A stretch of DNA of 19,901 nt from Pyrobaculum sp. (GTDB lineage Archaea > Thermoproteota > Thermoprotei > Thermoproteales > Thermoproteaceae). The notes beneath the pieces were generated by a model. It was not told the origin of the DNA and did not search any database. It saw nothing but the letters and a program-made list of their open reading frames with translations. A program made the position numbers and the translations under genes. Below are positions 7,159 through 17,610 of this stretch, in pieces (position 1 is the first letter of the stretch; each line of letters opens with the position of its first letter). The DNA lies in contig JBKBOT010000010.1 in the NCBI GenBank assembly GCA_046293555.1, positions 33,379 through 53,279 of the forward strand, read 5' to 3'.

Positions 7159-9524
7159 TACTCCCTGGCTTCTGAATAATCTTTTTTTACTATAGTGAAG
7201 ACCTTTATATTGGGGACCTCTTTCAACATGTCTACAAATTCTCTAGATTGAGAAGCTATAACTAGCTGATAGCGTGAGGCAAGGCTTTTTATTAGATCCA
7301 TAAAGGCAGTTCTCACGTTTATATCTACATAAGGAATCGGCTCGTCAAATATCAAAAAGCCCAACCTTATCTGCGAAGTCTCTCTTAACGCCAGCGCGAG
7401 GGCTATAGCTAACGAGAGGCGTTGGCCGTCACTTAGCTTAGAGATGCCAAGCCGGTCACCTGTCGGAGAGATTGCGTAAAAATCGTAATGACCCTTTCTG
7501 TGCTCTATATCTGCACCCACCTTTACAATATCTCCATATTTGTAAATACTAAGAAAGATGTCATTAAATAAGTTTCTAGCTTTTTCAAGTAGTCTAACTC
7601 TTGTATTTATCTTTACAAGCTCTAGTCTAGACTTTATTTCTTGTAGCTTTCCAAATATATACATTATGTCCTCATGTCTTTTCCTAAGGACTTCAGGGTC
7701 CTCGCCAACTTCTCTAACTACCTCCTCCAGTAAGGACTTCTCCCTATGGAATTCCGCCAGGTGGGTAGAAACTCTCTCTAGCTCATATAAGGCCTCTCTC
7801 CAACGTAACTCAACGTCGAGAATTTCGTCGGAAAGCCCCACCTTTCTAAATTCGGCCTCTAGCTCTTTAAGCCTACGGCGTAGCTCTCTGACTCGTAGCG
7901 CCCTCCTGTATTTAGACACAGCCTCTGCGATCTTCCGTCTATCTATCCTGTTGAGCAACTCCCTTAGTTGTACTTCCTTTTTCTCAAGTTGTCTCAACGC
8001 CCTCTCCGCCTGGAGGGCCTTATTTACAGTCTCCTCTCTCTCCAGCCGTAGCCCCTCTGTTTTTGACTTTATGGCTAGATATTGAGCCACGTCGCCTTCT
8101 AGTATCTCCATCTCTTCTACTACCCGTTCTACCTCACGTATCTTCTCTCTTAAGGACTCCACCTCACGTATTACGTCGCCATGTCTTTCCCCCAGTTCCT
8201 GCAGGACGTGTGTCAAATGTTCTCTGTCGGCAGGAGCCCCACAGATGGGACATGTGGCCAGTCCAATCTCCGCCATGTAGGACACCACAGTCTTTAGTGA
8301 GGTAGAGAAGGCGGCTTTTCTCTCCGCGGCTTCAAGTCTTTTCCTGAGTTCTGCCAACATAGCCTTGGCCTCCCCAGCCGAGGAGAAGGCCTTCTGCAGC
8401 TCCTTATATCTTAGAAAAGACCTCTCTAGTCTCTTTAAGGCAGATTCCAACTCTGCAACCTCGCCATCTAGCCTTCTCGTCTTGTCGACATACTGCAGAT
8501 ATGCCTTCTGTAGCTCTGACTTCTGGAGCTCTATATCTCTCGACAAGGTCTCTAAAGCGTCGTAAGTATCAACCATGGCAGATGACAAGGTCTCTACATC
8601 TGGCGACATGAGGCGTTCCAAGAGAGATGGGGCTAGGGCGTGTTCAAACTCTTCAGCCACTTCCCTCAAGGCCTTTCTTATCTTCTCTAAAGTCTCCATG
8701 TCGACATAATACTCCTCTGTTTCCAACAGCTCGAGCTCAGACCTAGTCTTGTAGTACTCTAGTAACAACGTCTCGTATTCTTTGATTTTCTCTATGTGGG
8801 AAACCCGCCGTTTTGACAAATCCTCTATTTCTCTAGACAGCCTCTCTTCTTTCTTCTTTACCTCCGCGATCTCGCCGACGATGGCACTTAGCCTAGAGAC
8901 AATATTGGAATATCCGCCGTATTTCCTAAAGAGTTCTTTATATCTCTCGTACTTCCCCAGCCTTTTTCTCAAATTTTCTGCTTGGCTTAACAAAAGTTTT
9001 TCTATCGACGTGACTGCTTTAAACACCCCATCTATAATGTCGATACCAAATAGCTTGTCTACAGAGACAGACCTCTTCTGGGAGGTGCCGTAGATAAAAC
9101 CCTCTAAGGTGCGGTGCGATATATACACCAGGCGGTCATATAGGAGTTCATCTACGTCAAGAAGCTCCGCCAGTTTTTCTTCAGCCTCTCTTCTTCTATA
9201 CTCCACGTTGTTTACCACGGCGATGACCTTCTCGCCACCCCTCCTGTTTAACTCTCTCTCAATTTTAACGACATCGCTGCCGTTTGTGAGCTCTAGAGAG
9301 ACTCTAGCCTCATAAGCCTCTGTGTTTATAAGGTCTACCAACTTCGCCACTTTTTCCCTAACCTCCAGCTCCCTCCCAAACAGCGCGTACTCTATGGCAT
9401 ATAGAAGGGAGGTCTTGCCTGCGCCAATTCTACCCCATAGTACATTTACTTGGCCAAAATGGACTACATGCCTCCCTTTGTATGACCTAAAGTTCTCAAC
9501 TTCAATCTTGTTTATCCTCCACAT
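7158..9524 (-). CDS. rkd-4: Arcadin-4, SMC/Rad50-like ATPase of the arcade cluster
   Basis: 'I.VENFRSY', Walker A GRIGAGKTS, long coiled coils with central CPIC zinc-hook-like motif, signature LSDGQR, Walker B LIFDEP; last gene of the crenactin cluster. Confidence 0.85.
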   Translation of the reverse strand: MWRINKIEVENFRSYKGRHVVHFGQVNVLWGRIGAGKTSLLYAIEYALFGRELEVREKVAKLVDLINTEAYEARVSLELTNGSDVVKIERELNRRGGEKVIAVVNNVEYRRREAEEKLAELLDVDELLYDRLVYISHRTLEGFIYGTSQKRSVSVDKLFGIDIIDGVFKAVTSIEKLLLSQAENLRKRLGKYERYKELFRKYGGYSNIVSRLSAIVGEIAEVKKKEERLSREIEDLSKRRVSHIEKIKEYETLLLEYYKTRSELELLETEEYYVDMETLEKIRKALREVAEEFEHALAPSLLERLMSPDVETLSSAMVDTYDALETLSRDIELQKSELQKAYLQYVDKTRRLDGEVAELESALKRLERSFLRYKELQKAFSSAGEAKAMLAELRKRLEAAERKAAFSTSLKTVVSYMAEIGLATCPICGAPADREHLTHVLQELGERHGDVIREVESLREKIREVERVVEEMEILEGDVAQYLAIKSKTEGLRLEREETVNKALQAERALRQLEKKEVQLRELLNRIDRRKIAEAVSKYRRALRVRELRRRLKELEAEFRKVGLSDEILDVELRWREALYELERVSTHLAEFHREKSLLEEVVREVGEDPEVLRKRHEDIMYIFGKLQEIKSRLELVKINTRVRLLEKARNLFNDIFLSIYKYGDIVKVGADIEHRKGHYDFYAISPTGDRLGISKLSDGQRLSLAIALALALRETSQIRLGFLIFDEPIPYVDINVRTAFMDLIKSLASRYQLVIASQSREFVDMLKEVPNIKVFTIVKKDYSEARE

Positions 9525-9672
9525 CTATGCCGAAAGCCTTGAGGTATTCTACCAATACGGCTCTAGCCGCGCGGGTCCCCCCCTCTCTATATGCCACTAC
9601 CAGACTCTCTACTAGCCTGCCCTCGTCACTACTTCCAAAAACCTTTCTTACCTCCTCAAGAATTATGTCCAC
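9502..9672 (-). CDS. rkd-3: Arcadin-3 (56-aa helical protein; absent from the ORF track)
   Basis: Manual translation MDIILEEVRKVFGSSDEGRLVESLVVAYREGGTRAARAVLVEYLKAFGIDVEDKQD*; GTG preceded by SD-like GGAGAGG; lies between arcadin-2 and the SMC-like gene and overlaps the latter's start. Confidence 0.75.
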   Translation of the reverse strand: MDIILEEVRKVFGSSDEGRLVESLVVAYREGGTRAARAVLVEYLKAFGIDVEDKQD

Positions 9673-9695
9673 AACCTCTCCACAATACCCATATA

Positions 9696-10286
9696 TTAAC
9701 TCTTCGACCTAAGTATTCTAACCCACTCGTTTTCCAGGAGTTTACTCCGTTCAGCCGGCTCCTCCGCCCTTTTTGGCGGCTGTTCCCTCTTTTCTACCCT
9801 TCGCTCTTCTAACTTTTGGTCGACATATTTCCTTAATTTCTCATAAAGAGATGTTTCAAGTTTTTTGATTTCTGTATTTATGTATTCTAACAATGTAGCT
9901 TTAAGAGAGTCAACAATTTTATTTATGTCAAACTGTGGGAAAGAAATCTGGCGAGGTTTTGCATATATCTTGACCTCAACCCCCTCGACGCCTCTAGAGG
10001 GGTCTACCACCATTAAGCCCACGCCATGTGACTTAAAATATTTAGAATCTACAAAAGGCCAAGCCTCTGGCAATACCGCCAGATATATCTTCACCGCGTT
10101 TAGACTCAGCAAGGCCCCCACTTGTTTATATAGCTCTGCCCCCTCGTATATCTCTGTAAGATAAAAGCCGAGAGCCACTTTGTTAAGCCCCTCTTCAAAC
10201 CACGCAACATTGCCGTCAGTGTTTATATACCTCATTCCGAGAGTTTCAGCGAAATATCTTATTGCCAGTAATTTTACATACTCCAC
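9696..10286 (-). CDS. rkd-2: Arcadin-2, crenactin polymerisation inhibitor
   Basis: Directly downstream of crenactin; C-terminal ENEWVRILRSKS matches the crenactin-binding C-terminal helix I recall for P. calidifontis arcadin-2. Confidence 0.88.
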   Translation of the reverse strand: MEYVKLLAIRYFAETLGMRYINTDGNVAWFEEGLNKVALGFYLTEIYEGAELYKQVGALLSLNAVKIYLAVLPEAWPFVDSKYFKSHGVGLMVVDPSRGVEGVEVKIYAKPRQISFPQFDINKIVDSLKATLLEYINTEIKKLETSLYEKLRKYVDQKLEERRVEKREQPPKRAEEPAERSKLLENEWVRILRSKS

Positions 10287-10309
10287 AAAATCTCAGTTAC
10301 CTAAATTTA

Positions 10310-11963
<1,654 letters not shown>

Positions 11964-11990
11964 AGAGGCCTGGGGGCGGGGATATAAATA

Positions 11991-12707
11991 CTATAACAAC
12001 CCTCTTGTGGGCAGTAGCTCTCTTAACGTCTTGCCACGTGAGTCAAAATATCCGCCTTTCTCCACATATCGCCTAAGCACATTTAGCCAGTTTCCAGATC
12101 GCGTAATTTTTGCCATTACGGCATAAGCCCTCTCTAGCTCCTCAACCGTGTAGTCTCTATATGTGTCCATGTGGAATAACATCTCTAGAGGTAACCTCGG
12201 CCTGGGCTCCGGCGCCTCCTCTGGCACCCCCACCACAAGTCCAAACAGCGGGTAGGTGAGTGGAGGCAGTTTTAACATCTCGATAAGCTCACGTGGGGCG
12301 TTTTGGATGGCGCCTATGAAACAACTGCCGTATCCCAACGCGGTGGCCGCCAAGGCCATGTTCTCAGCGGCAAGCGCCGCGTCTACTGCAGCAAAGATAA
12401 ACAACGCCAGCTTGTCCTCTAGAAACTCCACGCCACGTAGATGTAAAAACCTCTCCAGTCTGTACAAGTCTGCAAGAAAGACAAAGAAGTCAGATCCCTC
12501 CTCTACGTGGGGCTGGCCTATGAGCGCCGCAATTGTCTTCTTCCTGTCGTCATCTCGAATTCTGATTGTTGTCCATAGATGTAATGTGGCGTCAGTAGGC
12601 GCAAGCCTTCCCGCCTCCATTATCCGTTGTATATCCTCCTCAGGTATCTTAACCCTCCTAAATTTCCTAATCGAGCGGCGTCTTTGTACGACCTCAAGGT
12701 AGTCCAT
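11991..12707 (-). CDS. Nitroreductase family flavoprotein (NfsA-like)
   Basis: RRRSIRKF, 'AG.LAPT', 'VDAALAAENM.LAA.ALGYGSCFIGAI', 'PRPRLP'. Start moved to ATG 12707 (MDYLEVV); the track's extension overlaps the opposite gene and the TATA block at 12724-12734. Confidence 0.9.
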   Translation of the reverse strand: MDYLEVVQRRRSIRKFRRVKIPEEDIQRIMEAGRLAPTDATLHLWTTIRIRDDDRKKTIAALIGQPHVEEGSDFFVFLADLYRLERFLHLRGVEFLEDKLALFIFAAVDAALAAENMALAATALGYGSCFIGAIQNAPRELIEMLKLPPLTYPLFGLVVGVPEEAPEPRPRLPLEMLFHMDTYRDYTVEELERAYAVMAKITRSGNWLNVLRRYVEKGGYFDSRGKTLRELLPTRGLL

Positions 12708-12753
12708 AGGCTTGACACAACTTAAATTTATATAATGACCACAACTTAGGGGC

Positions 12754-12969
12754 ATGCAGGAGTTTCCAGAAGATTGGGAATATTCAGGCGGGGAGCTAGA
12801 AAAGACGTTAAAAGTAAGGGCGACGTGTCCATATTGTAAACACAAGTTTGAAATAGAGATAGGGGAGAGTTGGTACAATATAGGCTTCTCAATCAACTGC
12901 CCCAAATGCGGCCGGTCGTTCCCCATAAACCTACATGGCGAGATAGTTGGGGTAGTACAGCAGAGATAA
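12754..12969 (+). CDS. Small zinc-ribbon protein
   Basis: CPYC and CPKC pairs in 71 aa; divergent from nitroreductase across AAATTTATATAA. Confidence 0.75.
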   Translation: MQEFPEDWEYSGGELEKTLKVRATCPYCKHKFEIEIGESWYNIGFSINCPKCGRSFPINLHGEIVGVVQQR

Positions 12970-13018
12970 TTCTAGTAATACCGAGCCCCGTTTTTTAAAA
13001 TGTAGACAGTTTTCCCAC

Positions 13019-13405
13019 ATGGAGCCCGTGCGGAAAATTGAGGAGGGGCTAAAAGAACTTTATGACACAAACGTGGGGAAGGTAGAAAGACAGCCAGACG
13101 TGGACATATATGACGTTGGCGAAAACGTGGTGATCTATATAGACATGCCTGGAGTAAAAAAGGAGTTTATCAAAGTGAGGATATACGATAGGTCTATTGA
13201 GGTGATATCTCAAGGCCAGCCAGAGGGAGGGTCGGGAAAGCCTTTGAGAAGAGAGAGGATCTCCAACTTTCCAATTGTGAGAAAGATAGAGCTGCCGTTT
13301 AGACTTAGGGTAGATACCGCCAGGGCTGTACATAAAGAGGGCGTGCTACAAATAATAGTAGGAAAAGCGGGGGAATTTGGAGTGACAGAACTTAAGATAG
13401 ACTAG
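13019..13405 (+). CDS. Small heat-shock protein (Hsp20/alpha-crystallin)
   Basis: 'PDVDIYD....V.IYIDMPGVKKE.I.V', 'RKIELP', 'A....GVLQI', C-terminal L-K-I (IxI-like) motif; TTTTTTAAAA at 12991-13000. Confidence 0.92.
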   Translation: MEPVRKIEEGLKELYDTNVGKVERQPDVDIYDVGENVVIYIDMPGVKKEFIKVRIYDRSIEVISQGQPEGGSGKPLRRERISNFPIVRKIELPFRLRVDTARAVHKEGVLQIIVGKAGEFGVTELKID

Positions 13406-14013
13406 TCGGGTGGCGGCAGGGAAATTGACAGCAGTCTTGCATGTTCTTCAGTTGTCAACACCTCGCCGAATTTCTCCAACTTGACGCCGCCCATAAGCCC
13501 CACCCTGTGGAATAAGAACTTCCTATTTGGCACATCTGCGGTAAACAGCCGGACCTCCCTTATAGACGCGAGATAGGTCCGGACGCCTTCGCTTACTAGT
13601 GAGAGCTGTTTTGTGGCAAGCCACACCCGCACGTGAAGCACCACTGCGCCTCGGTAGCCAGTCCTTGCGAGAGCCGAGAGAGTTTGGTCCGTAATTTTTG
13701 CAACCTGGCTAAGCTTTTGTTCCCCGCCGTAGGCGATATAGACGGCGTCTGGGTTGTACTCCAGTATCTTTTTCGCCATCTCTTCCTCTCTCCCCTCCTC
13801 ATATGTGAAAACTGCGGCGGCGCCGTCGCGGTAGTTGTTCTTAGCTATATACGACGTAACAAGCGCCGCGGCCATGGCGCTACAGATCCTGTCGGGATAT
13901 GTTACAACCGCCACCCTGCTGTAGCCCTGTAGGAGGTTTTGTCCCACGAGGTAGCCTGTCAGCGATCTGAGGTATATCTCTTGTTCTAACGACGCCCTAC
14001 TTGCCGTAGCCAT
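13402..14013 (-). CDS. Hypothetical protein, alpha/beta fold
   Basis: 203-aa ORF with natural composition, alternating beta/alpha pattern (RVAVVTY, AVYIAYGG, AVVLHVR) and upstream CTTAAAA. No family recognised. Confidence 0.75.
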   Translation of the reverse strand: MATASRASLEQEIYLRSLTGYLVGQNLLQGYSRVAVVTYPDRICSAMAAALVTSYIAKNNYRDGAAAVFTYEEGREEEMAKKILEYNPDAVYIAYGGEQKLSQVAKITDQTLSALARTGYRGAVVLHVRVWLATKQLSLVSEGVRTYLASIREVRLFTADVPNRKFLFHRVGLMGGVKLEKFGEVLTTEEHARLLSISLPPPD

Positions 14014-14040
14014 GGAGAAGTTTCGAATTCCAGTTTTAAG

Positions 14041-14592
14041 TTATAGACGGGCCCAGGAGAAGCCTAAAAGCACCACCTCGCCCGTGTTTTTCAACACCGT
14101 GGCTAATGTAAACGTCTTCTTGACGCTATGTCCCAGCCTGCCGCCTCTAGTTATATCTGTAGCCGATATGCCTCTCTCCGGCTCTAAAAACACCACCACC
14201 ATGGGCGCGTGGTCTATGCCAGGCCCCTTTTCGTATACAGAAAAAAGCGCGCCAAATTTAAGCCCACTTTTTACAATATATCCCAAATCCCTAAAGTATT
14301 TGTATATTAGATAAATTTCGTCAAAGTTTCTAATTTTTTCTCTACCGATTTCTCTAAGTTTTTCTATAGATACCTTCTCGCCAGACTCGGCGAAAACTTC
14401 TAGCTTACGCCTCTCCGCCAGGTAAAGAGCCTCATATAGGGCTAATATAAGTGGGGCATCTATCTTGTCTATCTCCTCCCTCTTGACCTTGTCGTGTCCC
14501 AAAAACTTTCCATAAAACCCCTCCCTATATAACGCACGTCCATATTCTATCTCTTCTATAACTACCGCAAGACCTCTCAACACGCCTCTCAT
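14041..14592 (-). CDS. endA: tRNA-splicing endonuclease, catalytic (alpha) subunit
   Basis: 'LYEALYL', '[26 protein letters not shown]', 'GRLGHSVKK' with the Tyr/His/Lys triad; crenarchaea-specific loop 'GFYGKFLG..K......IDAPL'. Confidence 0.95.
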   Translation of the reverse strand: MRGVLRGLAVVIEEIEYGRALYREGFYGKFLGHDKVKREEIDKIDAPLILALYEALYLAERRKLEVFAESGEKVSIEKLREIGREKIRNFDEIYLIYKYFRDLGYIVKSGLKFGALFSVYEKGPGIDHAPMVVVFLEPERGISATDITRGGRLGHSVKKTFTLATVLKNTGEVVLLGFSWARL

Positions 14593-14936
14593 CTCTTTCT
14601 GATTGTCACCACGGTATTTTCGGCAATGCCTAACGACCTGAGATCTTCTGGAGATATGTACACAACGCCGGGAGGCATCTTCTCGTCTACCACCACCCTA
14701 AAGATGTGTTTCTTCTCGTGGGAAGACCCGCCTGGCGCCACTATCTCCACCTCTGCCGGCCCGTCAAGCTCGGAATGTAGCTCTTTCGAGATCTTTACCA
14801 CGCCCTTCTCTATGTCTACAGCCTTTATCTTAACCCGCCTCTCTTTCTTTCTGGCCTCTTTCTTCTCCTGTTGCGGCGAGAGGAATGGGGGTATCAACAG
14901 TTTTTTTCCTCTCTCTACGTCTCTACCTTCTGCCAT
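14589..14936 (-). CDS. Small double-psi beta-barrel-like protein (Cdc48-N-like)
   Basis: Two internal repeats, '[14 protein letters not shown]....VEI' and '[23 protein letters not shown]'. Start at ATG 14936 (track start overlaps glyS). ATGA overlap with endA. Confidence 0.7.
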   Translation of the reverse strand: MAEGRDVERGKKLLIPPFLSPQQEKKEARKKERRVKIKAVDIEKGVVKISKELHSELDGPAEVEIVAPGGSSHEKKHIFRVVVDEKMPPGVVYISPEDLRSLGIAENTVVTIRKR

Positions 14937-14961
14937 GTTAGATAATACTCCCCAATTAAAA

Positions 14962-16701
14962 TTATTGTGTCCTTCTAGCCGCCTCCTCAAAAGAGAGGCC
15001 TGCCTTTATGAAGCTGGCGAAAGTGGCCACGTCGCCTAGCTTAACTCTTACCTGTCTTCTGGTGTCCCGCTCTCTAATAGTCACAGTGCTGTCTACCGGC
15101 GTCTTTTCGTCTATTGTCACCGCCAGGGGCGTCCCTATTTCGTCACATGACGCATATCTACTCCCTATAGTCCCCTCGTCGTCATATATTACATACATGC
15201 CGTTTGACATAAGTTCACGCATAAGCCTACGGCCTATTTTTACATACTCCTCCCTCTTTACAATGGGGAGGATGCATAACGTCACTGGCGCTATGTCAGG
15301 CGGCAGGCGTAAGTAGACCCGCCCCTCTTCCGACGCTAGAGAGGACTCCAAGACGACGTAGAGAATTCTGTCTAGCCCAAAGGAGGGCTCGACCACATGT
15401 GGTATAAATTTCTCTATGTCTGTCTTCCGCCGCTCCGTCTTGACGAAAAACATCTCTGGCGTAATGACGAAATCGCCCACTGCCACCTCCCCACTCCCCT
15501 GTCTAAAGGCCTGTATTATCTCCTCTTCGCGTTCTTTAACTGCCTTGATGACTTCTCCCATTCTCTCGCCGTATTTTGCCCTAATTGCCGCAGGGTTTGG
15601 ATAGAGGCGGGAGATCTCCACCTCTTTTGGCTCTGGGAGTCTCCTCTCTAGATACATCTCATGTCCGCTATATTTCCCATGGCCGGCGAGGTCGTAGTCT
15701 GTACGGTAGGCATGTCCAGACACCTCTACCCAACCAAATCGCTCCGTGTAGGCCATCTGGTCGTAAGACCTGGCGGAGTAGTGGGCTCTCTCATGTGGGA
15801 GCTTTCCCACAAACTTCTGCCTCTCTACCCCCAGCTCTTTGAGAAACCTTGTGGCTAACGCCATGAAAAACGCCATCCACTCGTTGGCATGTCCCCTCTC
15901 CACGATCTGTCGAGCTGTGAGATACAGGGGGTCCACCTGGCCTTTCGCCACAAGCTCTTCCGGCACGATAGGCACCTCTAAGTTCTCCACTTCTGCAAAG
16001 AAGGGGCAGGCCGGGCTCTTGGGGTCGAAGAAGAGCTCTATCTCCATTTGGGTAAACTCTCTCAGCCTGATGAGGCCACCTCTGGGAGAGATCTCGTTTC
16101 GCGACACGCGGCCTATCTGTGCGACGCCAAATGGGTGCCGCCTTTTCATATATTCCGCAAGTCGGGGGAAGGCTACGAACATCCCCTGTGCGGTCTCCGG
16201 CCTTAGGTAGCCGGCGTTTTCGCTATATGGCCCAATTGCGGTTTTAAACAACAGGTTGAAAGTCTCCACAGCGCCTAGAGGGTTGCCGCAGTTGGGACAC
16301 GTGATCTTATGTTCTACAATTAGCCGCTCTAGTTCCTCTCTAGAGAGTCCTTCTGTAGAGATCTTAACCCCCCTCTTGCCCAACTCCTCCTCTATTAGGT
16401 GGTCGGCCCTGTATTTTCTGCCACATTTTGTACAAGACGCCATATAGTCGGTAAAGTGGTCCAGATGGCCAGAGGCCTTGAAGACAATTTCAGGCATGAC
16501 TATAGGCGTCTCGACCTCAACTATGACGTCTTGATAGGGCGATATGAATGTCTTCCTCCACTTCTCCACAATATTTCTCCGCATCTGTACCCCAAGGGGG
16601 CCGTAGTCATAAAAGCCGCCGACGCCGCCATATATCTCTGAGGACGGCCAGTAGAACAGCCTTCTTTTTACAATATCCTCTAAAACCTCGGCGCGACCCA
16701 T
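14962..16701 (-). CDS. glyS: Glycine--tRNA ligase (alpha2, archaeal/eukaryotic type)
   Basis: 'SSEIYGG..GFYDYGPLG', 'ASGHLDHFTD', 'YLRPETAQG.F', 'RNEISPR.GL.RLREFTQME', 'RAHYS', 'VEPSFGLDR', anticodon domain 'GTIG.RY...DEIGTP...TID'. Confidence 0.97.
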   Translation of the reverse strand: MGRAEVLEDIVKRRLFYWPSSEIYGGVGGFYDYGPLGVQMRRNIVEKWRKTFISPYQDVIVEVETPIVMPEIVFKASGHLDHFTDYMASCTKCGRKYRADHLIEEELGKRGVKISTEGLSREELERLIVEHKITCPNCGNPLGAVETFNLLFKTAIGPYSENAGYLRPETAQGMFVAFPRLAEYMKRRHPFGVAQIGRVSRNEISPRGGLIRLREFTQMEIELFFDPKSPACPFFAEVENLEVPIVPEELVAKGQVDPLYLTARQIVERGHANEWMAFFMALATRFLKELGVERQKFVGKLPHERAHYSARSYDQMAYTERFGWVEVSGHAYRTDYDLAGHGKYSGHEMYLERRLPEPKEVEISRLYPNPAAIRAKYGERMGEVIKAVKEREEEIIQAFRQGSGEVAVGDFVITPEMFFVKTERRKTDIEKFIPHVVEPSFGLDRILYVVLESSLASEEGRVYLRLPPDIAPVTLCILPIVKREEYVKIGRRLMRELMSNGMYVIYDDEGTIGSRYASCDEIGTPLAVTIDEKTPVDSTVTIRERDTRRQVRVKLGDVATFASFIKAGLSFEEAARRTQ

Positions 16702-16746
16702 TGGGAGGTCTTAAAGATATATTTAAAGTATTTTGGCTCTGAGGCC

Positions 16747-17610
16747 GTGAGGCCCTCGTTAAGACTGTGGCTAGCTTCTCTTTATCTCTTCATCATGGGG
16801 ACGATAAGCCTGGCCTTTACTTTACTAGAGTTTGCATTAGGTCTATTTTACCAAAGCCTGTTGGTGATAAGCGACTCTCTACACGGCTTTATGGATTCTG
16901 TAATTGCCTACGTCTCTGGGATTGGACTTTATTACGCCTCACGGAGAGGCCGCGCCTTTCCCTGGGAGGCATATAGGCTAGAAAGCCTCTTGACGCTTCT
17001 CTCTGCCTCTGGCGTCTTGGGGTTTTATACCTATATGCTAATCACCTCAATTAAGCTAGAGGGGGGGCCCACGCCTCTGTGGATGACGGCACTTCTCCTA
17101 ATAGGCGGCGTCTTGTCGTTTTTGTTATACCTCTGGCAAAGACATAATTACAACGTGTTAAAGCTGGAAATACTTAAAGCGGATGCTGTACACGCAAAAG
17201 TAGACGCCTCTCTTTCTTTAACCTCTACTCTGGCCGTGGTGGTTAGTAACGTTTTTGGCCTCTTTGTGGCTGAAGTGGCTGCTGTGTTTTTCATATATCT
17301 CTACGTGTTGTATGAATTCATAAAGCTCTCAAAAGATGCCACATATGGAATTCTCGGCGCTTTGTATAAAGACGCCTCTCTTGAAAACGCGATTAAAAAC
17401 GCCTTAATGGAGTTGGGGAAGCCTATAGACGTTAAGATCAGAAGGGCTGGCAGCTTTTTAGTTGTCTACACGTTAGTCGCCGTAAACCCGGAGATGACTG
17501 TAGGGAAATTACACCTCTTGAGGTCTAAAACTATTAGGGCAATCGCTAGACTACATCCGTTAATTGCTCACGTAGATATAAAGATCGTGCCAAAGAGGAG
17601 ATATGGCTAG
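16747..17610 (+). CDS. Cation diffusion facilitator (CDF) family transporter
   Basis: Six TMs; TM2 'SDSLHGFMD', TM5 'ADAVHAKVD', 'FPW..YRLE'; C-terminal dimerisation domain. Confidence 0.9.
   Translation: MRPSLRLWLASLYLFIMGTISLAFTLLEFALGLFYQSLLVISDSLHGFMDSVIAYVSGIGLYYASRRGRAFPWEAYRLESLLTLLSASGVLGFYTYMLITSIKLEGGPTPLWMTALLLIGGVLSFLLYLWQRHNYNVLKLEILKADAVHAKVDASLSLTSTLAVVVSNVFGLFVAEVAAVFFIYLYVLYEFIKLSKDATYGILGALYKDASLENAIKNALMELGKPIDVKIRRAGSFLVVYTLVAVNPEMTVGKLHLLRSKTIRAIARLHPLIAHVDIKIVPKRRYG

Noticed and set aside
7158-9524. Canonical Rad50 or an SMC-based defence system (Wadjet/Lamassu)
   Set aside because: No Mre11/HerA/NurA or Jet/Lmu partners; position in the crenactin cluster identifies it as arcadin-4.
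9527-9812. Plus-strand ORFs 9527-9712 and 9591-9812
   Set aside because: Shadows of arcadin-3 and arcadin-2 on the minus strand.
12708-12926. Long N-terminal extension of the nitroreductase
   Set aside because: Antisense to the Zn-ribbon gene and spans the promoter.
14589-14936. EndA structural (beta) subunit
   Set aside because: Lacks endonuclease-fold motifs; the repeat pattern fits a double-psi barrel.
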